Source: a virus
Taxonomy: Duplodnaviria > Caudoviricetes
DNA: 44,445 bases
Virus record (IMG/VR): IMGVR_UViG_3300043775_000882
Span: 1 to 44,445 of that record
Direction: 5' to 3' (one strand)
Every line of letters begins with the position of its first letter. Positions within the stretch are counted from its first letter, which is position 1. The translations under genes and the position numbers were made by a program. The notes beneath the pieces were generated by a model. It was not told the DNA's origin and made no database searches. It saw only the letters and a list, made by a program, of their open reading frames with translations. This document shows positions 37,354-44,445 of the stretch, one piece after another.

Positions 37354-38848
37354 GTTTTTTCCCTTCCTTTGATATATCTGTTTTATCTGGTACAACCTTT
37401 GTTGGATCTAAATTCTCGTGCATAGACCAAGGCTCGTGCATTGGGATTCTTCTTAGTATGCTTTGTAATGGTTTCTTAGCCTGATATCTATCAGTTTTCC
37501 AAGCATTACCTGAACTAGTCAATGGATTGTCATGAACTTTCATTGCTGCAACCGGTGTTGCTTCAATTCCATTATGATGTATCTGGTTGGCAGTGACTAT
37601 ATGATTACCACCATTTGCTATTTCGAAATTGGCCGATGTGGTTATTTGTCCATTTGCACCAATCAAAAGTGTTGTATTACCAGCACTTTCCATATGGATT
37701 CCACCTAAACCAGAATCTGCACCAGCACTTAAGTTGAAATTTCTTCCAGCTTCCATGTTAATATCGCGGTCTGCCCGAATATTCAAATCATTTTCAGTAT
37801 GAATCGAGATAGAATCCCGTGAATAAATGTCAATTTTACCGTTACTGGTAAGTTCAATCCAAGCAGTTCCTCTGGCATTACCGATGTAAATCAAGTCTTC
37901 CGAGTTGTGCATCAAGATTTGATGACCTGTTCTTGTTCGTACTCTAAAATGCTCATTATATGGGATATTAGAATCACCTTTACCACCGCTAGCAACAACG
38001 TCTACATACTTCATTGGTCCAGTTGATGCTGGTCCTTCTCTTCGTTTACCATCATGCCCATCATCCATGATAAACTGTGTACCACCTAATCTACTTACTG
38101 GAACTGCAGATGGTGATTGGCTTTGATTAGACCCAATCTTTGCTTTTTTAGCACCTTTGCGTCTATCGAGTGGTCCTGGGGTTGAGATTCCAAACACCAT
38201 ACTAGGAGCTTCTCTGCGGCTAGAACTGTCAGTCACGCCTCTGATATCATCTTCAACTAATCCTTGTTCCAAGTAACAGGCAGCCATTGGGTGTAATGCC
38301 TTTTTTATGTTTTCTGGGTCAGCGATTCGTTCTTTAGTATTGGCTCGTCTATTGACTTCGCCAACGGGTAATGGACTTTTAGTATCAAACGAACCGGAGT
38401 CTGATTTGTCCATGTCAACCATCGATGACCCAGCAATACCAGGAACCATATGATTAGCAAATCTCGCTGGTACTGAGGCGAACCAATAACCTTTTGACGC
38501 ATCGCCATCAACAAAAATAACTAGAACCGTAACACCAATATCAGGTGGAACAAACCACATCCCATAACTTTTCTGAGTATCGTTGAATGAATCTATTGTA
38601 GACGATTTATCAGCAGTGTTTTGACCCATATGTTCATGTGTTGTGTACCCAAAGAACGGAGATGCGTACTTTACGTTATATGATTGTTTTTCATTACCCA
38701 TCTCATTTCCCTGAGATTTAAGCAATGTAACTTCTAAGCAACCCATATAAGTTGGATCTATGTTATTGATAATCCTTGCTTCATAAACACCAGAACCTAA
38801 CTTGGCTCCTCCTTGCGTATGATCTGCTGGTCTTGAAATATTTGCCAT
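37343..38848 (-). CDS. Baseplate central spike, T4 gp5/VgrG-like (OB-fold plus beta-helix), without a lysozyme domain
   Basis: DPTYMGCLEV...YGMWFVPPDIGVTVLVIF..GD..KGYW OB-fold; RTRTGHQILMHNSEDLIYI...IELTSNGKIDIYS beta-helix; ends shortly after HEPWSMHEN. Confidence 0.85.
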   Translation of the reverse strand: MANISRPADHTQGGAKLGSGVYEARIINNIDPTYMGCLEVTLLKSQGNEMGNEKQSYNVKYASPFFGYTTHEHMGQNTADKSSTIDSFNDTQKSYGMWFVPPDIGVTVLVIFVDGDASKGYWFASVPARFANHMVPGIAGSSMVDMDKSDSGSFDTKSPLPVGEVNRRANTKERIADPENIKKALHPMAACYLEQGLVEDDIRGVTDSSSRREAPSMVFGISTPGPLDRRKGAKKAKIGSNQSQSPSAVPVSRLGGTQFIMDDGHDGKRREGPASTGPMKYVDVVASGGKGDSNIPYNEHFRVRTRTGHQILMHNSEDLIYIGNARGTAWIELTSNGKIDIYSRDSISIHTENDLNIRADRDINMEAGRNFNLSAGADSGLGGIHMESAGNTTLLIGANGQITTSANFEIANGGNHIVTANQIHHNGIEATPVAAMKVHDNPLTSSGNAWKTDRYQAKKPLQSILRRIPMHEPWSMHENLDPTKVVPDKTDISKEGKKRGE

Positions 38849-38856
38849 CGTAGTCC

Positions 38857-41379
38857 TTAAGTTTTAGTACCGTTATCAACATTATATGACGTTGTGGTAT
38901 GCTGTGGTAAAACACTTCCCATACTCAACGGATCGTTACTTCCTGGTTGTGAATTTAACATTTTAGTAACTCTCGCCTTGTCTTCTGGTTTATATCGATC
39001 AATAATATTGTACGATTGCCCAGTTGAGGTTGTTTGTTCCGTTGGTGTTGGAGTGGTTTCTGGTGGAATAGCCAAATTCATTTGTTCGTTCAATGAAGAC
39101 GGTAATGGTTGATCCCCACCCAAATTAACCATTGCGTTATTCGTCGTATCATTACCAGTTTTAGGTGCATCAACTGATAGTTTTGGTTGTCTCAAGCATG
39201 TCAACTTTTGTTTAAAAACGTTGCTAGAAAATATACTTTCACATCTTGTTACTCGGTAGATTCCACTAAAATCGTTTTCTTTCATCGCAACATCATCACT
39301 AGCAAATAGATACAAACCACGTGAGTCACCGCCATTGTATGTTGTATTAACATCAATTGGCGATCTAAATCGTAGATAAACATATACCTGTGCATCCTGA
39401 TAGTTCATGGTGCCATCTTTAGTTTTTAATGTCGAATCAGTTGATTCTTCAACATAATAGTTTCCAATCCCGTGATCACTTAACCAATATGGATCTCCTA
39501 ATATCTCCAAATTCAACTTAACCATGTCAGCCGTACCAGAGTCAATAAATGCTTGATGGTAGGCTTTTGCAATTTGCATCTCAGTTGTTTCTATACCGGA
39601 ACCACCTGCTTGTATACCAGAATCAACTGCATCTGGGTTTTTCAATAGCGGTGCATGAAGGTCTGTTAAATTTTCAGGTTTAGAACCAACTTGAAGATTG
39701 GTTTGTTTCATCGGCGTGTTGACGATACCACCTTGATCTGGATTTGCTTTTGTTCCTTTACCAGTGTTTTGCTCGGTTGATGGATTCATCGGTTTGAAAA
39801 ACAGATTATTAACCTCAATATCGAATTTGAGAATATCAGTATTCTTACCGGTATACATGTATTCGTAGCCTTTACAAATATTCAGTTTAATGTGTTGCTC
39901 TGCTGTTAGATTGGCAGCTGGGTTTGAAAACATAGCTTGGTCTACTGAATACGGTACAACCCTAAATGTTATTTTTTTAGCAAAGTCATTTGTTACAATA
40001 TCATACTCAAGCAATTCTACCTGAACATCTATCATAAAGTATTTGACCATACCATTGGTCTTTTTACCTTCTTCTATCGCATTTCGTATGTAAGACGAAC
40101 TAAGAACAGTTTGTGATATTACATCAGTTACTGACATACCCCCTGGAAATTGAAAAGCTCGTGTGGTTTTATCCCAGGTTACTTTCTTCTTGTCTATGAT
40201 TGCAGTCTTTTCATCAAATGCTACCCCTGCTCTCGCCATTGGCACGATACCGCCACTACCTTCATTGAAATCGAATGTCGATAACCCAATATCATTCATC
40301 AACGTAGTACCACTAGCCGCATCTGTATTACCACCAACTGTCGTAGATTGAGATGATTGGTATGGATTAAACGTGGCTTTACTCGCAGTATCGCCTTTTT
40401 TCAGTTGCGATTCTGGGTCTTTCATCGAGGTGTGATCAGCCGATTTTGGTGGGAACTGTATATCAAATATGTTCTTTATCTTACGTTGCCCATTTTTAAC
40501 AGCACTTGCCTCTAGCTCATTTAGATAATTTACTAAACTACCTTCACCTGTTTTCAATAATTCCGCCACCGATGATTCTTTTGCAGCAACTAACTTTACA
40601 TCCGTATACAACGTATTATAAAGTCCACTAAATCCAATATGATTATAAGGAACTGCAGTAACTTTATATGTACTACCAGCTTCGTTTGCCTTGAACTTAA
40701 CTGTAGTCAATCGAATTGGAAAATACTTACTTTTTATAAGACTCAATTCGGTACCATCGTCACCATATCCCTGAAAATCAATCCTCATCAAAAACGGTGC
40801 TTCTCCGTAGCTAGAATACCCTGCTTTCACTGCAGCATTCTGCATACTTTCTAATAAAATACCCAACGAATACGGTTCATAAACATCAAACGTAAAATTA
40901 GCAGCCGGTGAAACACCGTTCTGCGGTCCAGAAGATATTACATTATTGATGATAAAGTTATCCACAAAATACTCTGGAGTTCCGTGATAAGTATGCACTC
41001 TTCCAGCGTCATATCTACCAGCCGATGCAAACACAATCAATCCTTTACCAGCTGGCATCTTTTCCAAATCACCGGGGTTATTCCGATAGGATGCTGGGTC
41101 ATTGTGCTGTTCTTTAGTTAAACACGCAAATGTGAACAAATGATTAATTGTTGCAAAGTTTTCAAGTATATTTGGAAATACATTAGGTAATTCAGTTGCT
41201 TTTGATGTAGCCTTATGGTCTTGAGTTTTCGTTGATTCAAATTCTGGAGTAATTCTATTGGCAATACCCTGCGTGATATTAGCAGGTACTGGGATTGTAC
41301 CAGTACCAACCCTAGTCATTTGGGTCATTGTTATAGTAGAACCAGGTTCTTGTAACGGAATTGTGATAGCTTCTGCCAT
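38857..41379 (-). CDS. Baseplate hub protein, gp27-like
   Basis: Located between the gp53-like and gp5-like genes; LEILGDPYWL and FSGIYRVTRCESIFSSNVFKQKLTCLR motifs typical of hub proteins. Confidence 0.7.
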   Translation of the reverse strand: MAEAITIPLQEPGSTITMTQMTRVGTGTIPVPANITQGIANRITPEFESTKTQDHKATSKATELPNVFPNILENFATINHLFTFACLTKEQHNDPASYRNNPGDLEKMPAGKGLIVFASAGRYDAGRVHTYHGTPEYFVDNFIINNVISSGPQNGVSPAANFTFDVYEPYSLGILLESMQNAAVKAGYSSYGEAPFLMRIDFQGYGDDGTELSLIKSKYFPIRLTTVKFKANEAGSTYKVTAVPYNHIGFSGLYNTLYTDVKLVAAKESSVAELLKTGEGSLVNYLNELEASAVKNGQRKIKNIFDIQFPPKSADHTSMKDPESQLKKGDTASKATFNPYQSSQSTTVGGNTDAASGTTLMNDIGLSTFDFNEGSGGIVPMARAGVAFDEKTAIIDKKKVTWDKTTRAFQFPGGMSVTDVISQTVLSSSYIRNAIEEGKKTNGMVKYFMIDVQVELLEYDIVTNDFAKKITFRVVPYSVDQAMFSNPAANLTAEQHIKLNICKGYEYMYTGKNTDILKFDIEVNNLFFKPMNPSTEQNTGKGTKANPDQGGIVNTPMKQTNLQVGSKPENLTDLHAPLLKNPDAVDSGIQAGGSGIETTEMQIAKAYHQAFIDSGTADMVKLNLEILGDPYWLSDHGIGNYYVEESTDSTLKTKDGTMNYQDAQVYVYLRFRSPIDVNTTYNGGDSRGLYLFASDDVAMKENDFSGIYRVTRCESIFSSNVFKQKLTCLRQPKLSVDAPKTGNDTTNNAMVNLGGDQPLPSSLNEQMNLAIPPETTPTPTEQTTSTGQSYNIIDRYKPEDKARVTKMLNSQPGSNDPLSMGSVLPQHTTTSYNVDNGTKT

Positions 41380-41380
41380 G

Positions 41381-41680
41381 TTATAAACCTAAGTATTTCA
41401 TTAAATTGCTTTTCTTTGGTAGATATATCGAAACACCTGTTTCGAAATCATAAATTGGATCTTTGATTGTACTCAGGTTTCTCTGAACAAACACCCACCA
41501 TAGTTTTGGTGTGCCATACAAATCGTATGCTAATAAGTCCGGTCGATGCCGATATTGCTGCTCAATAGAATAAACATGGTCGTCTGCTTCTGCAGGAACC
41601 GGTCTCATAACCATTAAATCTAGGTATAAGTTATTTTGTGGAGTTGCATACCAAGGCGATAAGTTTGAATATGTTGCCAT
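41381..41680 (-). CDS. Baseplate wedge protein, gp53/LysM-like
   Basis: YRHRPDLLAYDLYGTPKLWWVF...N...IYLP motif. Confidence 0.85.
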   Translation of the reverse strand: MATYSNLSPWYATPQNNLYLDLMVMRPVPAEADDHVYSIEQQYRHRPDLLAYDLYGTPKLWWVFVQRNLSTIKDPIYDFETGVSIYLPKKSNLMKYLGL

Positions 41681-42729
41681 TATAAGAATCCTACTCCATT
41701 TGTTGTTAAATTACCTTTTGCGTAATCAGTTAGACTGAATTGACGAATCGTTGTTCTGTTATATATTGGACTAACCGTAACAGTCACGGTGCTAATAATT
41801 GGAACCCAAGTAGGTGCTCCACCGCTCTCAGAATTACAACGAATGTAATTTACCGAATCTTTTAGTTCTACACTAAATGATTTGATGACAACAGGGACTC
41901 GATTGAATACCCCTGGTCCATACCCAGATAACCAACATACCACAGGTGGGTTACCGGCATGTGCACCTTGTCCAAAAAACATCTTGGTAGCTGTTTTAAA
42001 GAAAGTCGTGGCGGCTAACCAATATTGTGCATCTGTTTCTGTTTCACAGGTGAACTCACCTGAAATTTGAATATCTTCCACTTGGCTATTTTTATATGCT
42101 TGTATTGCATAATTGCTATGTGTTATATCAGGATTTGAATAATTTGCTTTTGAGGCTACTGTTATATTCGGTAGATATGGCCAAACAACCCCTCCAGTAT
42201 TTTCCAGATGTTTACTGAATAAAGGAGAATTAAACTGTTCCCACGGTGCATCGATTCGTACACGCCAATCGTTCTCTGTTCCGGGTGATACAAGAACAGT
42301 CGCTCGTTGCTCCGCAAACAATTCTGCACCAGATGGTAAATTGGAACTTCGCTTCATACTTAGTAGATCATTCAAGTTACCAGCCGCTTTCGATAACTGA
42401 CTAGCAAATCCAGAAATATCACCAGTTGCTAAACTGGTTACAGCAGATAACGCAGTGGAAACTCCACCACCGATCGCACCAACCGTGTTTGTAAGAATAT
42501 TACCGACGCCACCCAATGCCTCATTAGCTAGGTTACCAACACCAGGAATGATCCCACCAGTACCACCAGATGCCATTGAATCCAAATTAGCCATTTCACT
42601 AGCATTAGTGACAGTGTTGGTAGTATTAGAAAACGTTGGCGTAATAGCACTGTTCATCGCTGCCTGTGATGCAGACGGCGGTGCTTGTGATGCAGCTAAA
42701 TCTGCGAATGAAATTGATGGTAATGCCAT
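41680..42729 (-). CDS. Baseplate-tail tube junction/initiator, gp48/gp54-like
   Basis: WPYLPNITV...IQISGEFT...PPVVCWLSGYG...PVVIKSFSVEL tube-fold motifs; first gene of the baseplate operon; low-complexity Gly/Ala/Ser N-terminus. Confidence 0.7.
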   Translation of the reverse strand: MALPSISFADLAASQAPPSASQAAMNSAITPTFSNTTNTVTNASEMANLDSMASGGTGGIIPGVGNLANEALGGVGNILTNTVGAIGGGVSTALSAVTSLATGDISGFASQLSKAAGNLNDLLSMKRSSNLPSGAELFAEQRATVLVSPGTENDWRVRIDAPWEQFNSPLFSKHLENTGGVVWPYLPNITVASKANYSNPDITHSNYAIQAYKNSQVEDIQISGEFTCETETDAQYWLAATTFFKTATKMFFGQGAHAGNPPVVCWLSGYGPGVFNRVPVVIKSFSVELKDSVNYIRCNSESGGAPTWVPIISTVTVTVSPIYNRTTIRQFSLTDYAKGNLTTNGVGFL

Positions 42730-42752
42730 GATAAATATTCTCCTAGTAGTAC

Positions 42753-42758
42753 TATTTA
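42753..42758 (-). promoter_or_regulatory. Late promoter ATAAATAG driving the baseplate operon
   Basis: 23 nt upstream of the ATG at 42729; RBS AGGAG follows. Confidence 0.75.
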
Positions 42759-42772
42759 TTCCATAAAAAGTA

Positions 42773-42781
42773 TGTTATAAT
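42773..42781 (+). promoter_or_regulatory. Extended -10 sigma70-type promoter (TGtTATAAT) for the late sigma gene
   Basis: Perfect TGnTATAAT 31 nt upstream of the ATG at 42813; no TTGACA-like -35. Confidence 0.7.
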
Positions 42782-42812
42782 AGGTCTTATCGTATTCAAT
42801 TGGAGAGAGTTA

Positions 42813-43661
42813 ATGGCTGACCACGTAGTACCAAAAGCAAAGTATTTGACAAACAAAGAGTTACTGAAAGCAATCCACGCAAGTAAAAACACTTTTTGTT
42901 CATATACCCAACCTGAATTCGGGTTCTATGACTGTATCGTTACGGATATCGGTGAAATTAATGAAGATACAATCAATGATGCTAAACAAAGTCGTGCTAC
43001 TCGCTTATCAAGAGCAGCACATGAGAAAGCCCAACTAGAAGCTGGTAAGAAAATCCCAGCCATTGAATTTGAAGTAGATTACACCACCATTTGCGAAAAT
43101 GATTTGGTATTCAGAATCATGACGTTTGACCACATTCCCCTGCAGCCAGACCGTAAGAAAACGGTTAAAACTGTTGCTGATGGTCGTGCTAAAGTAAACT
43201 TCCCACCTTTCCAACATTGGAAATTCAATGAGAATAAAGAGTTAGTTTGTGTTGGTAAAAGCCATTGGGATGGTGATGTCGATACTGGTCATTTCAGTAT
43301 CACAAAAGGTCAGATGTCTAACTTATTAGGTAAGATGTTAATGAAATTGGCTGAAAGATATTCTTCACGTAGTAACGTTCGCGGTTACACGTATGTTGAT
43401 GAGATGCGAGGCCAGGCAGTACTTCAGTTGACGCAGGTTGCTCTTCAATTTGACGAATCAAAATCATCAAATCCATTCAGTTTCTATACGCAATGTTGCA
43501 CGAACGCCTTCTTACGTGTGATAAACATAGAGAAAAGAAATCGTGAAATTCGGGATGACATTCTTGAAAGTGCTGGTTTAAACCCTAGTCATACTAGAAT
43601 GAATTCTGATACCTACGGAGAAAGAATGAATGATGGTTATACTTGGATTGACGTTGACTAA
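42813..43661 (+). CDS. Late-transcription sigma factor, T4 gp55-like
   Basis: YLTNKELL N-terminus and LGKMLMKLAERYS...GYTYVDEM...FDESKSSNPFSFYTQ...AFLRVINIEKR, the gp55 signature; divergent from the late operon. Confidence 0.88.
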   Translation: MADHVVPKAKYLTNKELLKAIHASKNTFCSYTQPEFGFYDCIVTDIGEINEDTINDAKQSRATRLSRAAHEKAQLEAGKKIPAIEFEVDYTTICENDLVFRIMTFDHIPLQPDRKKTVKTVADGRAKVNFPPFQHWKFNENKELVCVGKSHWDGDVDTGHFSITKGQMSNLLGKMLMKLAERYSSRSNVRGYTYVDEMRGQAVLQLTQVALQFDESKSSNPFSFYTQCCTNAFLRVINIEKRNREIRDDILESAGLNPSHTRMNSDTYGERMNDGYTWIDVD

Positions 43662-43689
43662 AAGATAATTGTTCTACCATTCACTACTT

Positions 43690-43714
43690 AAGCCCAGTTA
43701 ATTCTGGGCTTTTT
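43690..43714 (+). terminator. Rho-independent terminator
   Basis: AAGCCCAG-TTAATT-CTGGGCTT followed by a T run, between convergent genes. Confidence 0.85.
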
Positions 43715-43715
43715 C

Positions 43716-44165
43716 TCATCTAACCTGTACTATATATTCACCTGAACTTGGATCATTTTTAACCACAGCAAATCCATATCGTCTACTCAACTGCTGAGTT
43801 AATGATTGATACACACCACGTCTATCATTAGTGCCATCATCTTTTGCCGCTGAGTACCCAATATACACAATCTTTGGGTTTTGTTTAATCCAAACCAATG
43901 CACATGCTATTACGGTTGATAAAATCTTACGAGAAAAACCTTCTGTATTGAATCCATCAAATGAATCATTAATCTCGTATATTAAAGTAGCATAGTTAGA
44001 TCTATTTTTGTGAAACAAGATCATACCGGTGTGGTTTTCACCACTTGGTGTTTCAAACGCAAACTCAAAAATATTTGAATCAGTTTGTTTGTATTCTAGT
44101 GGAGTATCTAATGCCTCCACTAGATCAATGTTGTCAATTATGTCAAGCAGTTCTCGCATTTGCAT
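43716..44165 (-). CDS. Hypothetical protein, possible head-packaged (internal) protein
   Basis: 149 aa; AAGGA/GAGA upstream; N-terminus MRELLDII..LVEA; overlaps the upstream gene. Confidence 0.7.
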   Translation of the reverse strand: MQMRELLDIIDNIDLVEALDTPLEYKQTDSNIFEFAFETPSGENHTGMILFHKNRSNYATLIYEINDSFDGFNTEGFSRKILSTVIACALVWIKQNPKIVYIGYSAAKDDGTNDRRGVYQSLTQQLSRRYGFAVVKNDPSSGEYIVQVR

Positions 44166-44445
44166 TTCTCTTTTCCTTTACTTGTATGTAGATTGCCTCT
44201 GGTTCCACGTCGAAGTATTTGTACAATGCACCGCACAACCAACCATCTATACCCAATGCCTCACACACATACCAGTTACCGGTTTCTTCATTTCCACGTG
44301 TTTTCAATTCTAACTTATATTTATAGGATGGAAATGGGTTTTTAGAAAAGATACAGAGGAATCCATCGTGTGCATTTGGAATATGACTAACCATAGCGTC
44401 AATAATCAAATCAGCACCCGATACAAATGCTTCTTTGTTCAATCC
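44143..44445 (-). CDS. DUF6717-like protein (5' end beyond the window)
   Basis: EAFVSGADLIID...GFLCIFSKNPFP...GNWY...GWLCGALYKYF pattern, recalled as DUF6717. The frame is open to the window edge, so the TTG at 44442 is probably not the start. Confidence 0.65.
   Translation of the reverse strand, partial: GLNKEAFVSGADLIIDAMVSHIPNAHDGFLCIFSKNPFPSYKYKLELKTRGNEETGNWYVCEALGIDGWLCGALYKYFDVEPEAIYIQVKEKRNANARTA
44318..44325 (-). promoter_or_regulatory. Perfect T4 late consensus TATAAATA inside the DUF6717-like gene
   Basis: About 150 nt upstream of the 149-aa gene; could be chance in AT-rich DNA. Confidence 0.35.

Noticed and set aside
33463-42729. Bacterial extracellular contractile injection system or T6SS locus
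   Set aside because: The gene order is similar, but the T4-like gp55 sigma, RNase H, late promoters and absence of bacterial housekeeping genes point to a lytic phage.
1-44445. Stop-codon reassignment (alternative genetic code) as seen in some large phages
   Set aside because: Genes are full length and tightly packed under the standard code, and TAG, TGA and TAA all end genes at sensible positions.
1-44445. CRISPR array, tRNA or rRNA genes, IS elements, introns
   Set aside because: Intergenic spaces are all under about 100 nt once the micro-ORFs are included. No regularly spaced repeats, cloverleaf, transposase or homing endonuclease were seen by eye.

Overview
A 44-kb, AT-rich segment of a large T4-superfamily (jumbo-type) contractile-tailed phage genome, read in the standard genetic code. 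The left end (+ strand) carries a T4 RNase H-like 5'-3' exonuclease and conserved hypothetical genes, ending at a bidirectional terminator (3734-3771). A ~39-kb minus-strand late structural module runs in this order: gp48/54-like tube initiator, gp53/LysM-like, gp27-like hub, gp5-like spike (no lysozyme), gp25, gp6-like wedge, a 4514-aa baseplate/adhesin protein, a fibre-attachment protein, four paralogous tail fibres, an S8 subtilase embedded among them, and two paralogous FG-GAP/LamG adhesins. A gp55-like late sigma factor gene is transcribed divergently from this module. Family assignments come from recognised motifs and gene order, not from database searches. The best leads are: (1) a candidate protease-armed tail fibre (fibre-tip module plus an intact subtilase with a repeated C-terminal docking-like peptide); (2) patchwise nucleotide homogenisation of the two LamG domains, apparently at their variable loops; (3) two micro-ORFs missed by the ORF track, each directly behind a TAAATATAG late promoter, one copying the N-terminal motif of its neighbour and carrying two perfect hairpins; (4) a late promoter lying exactly on the -35 position of the promoter that drives the late sigma gene.
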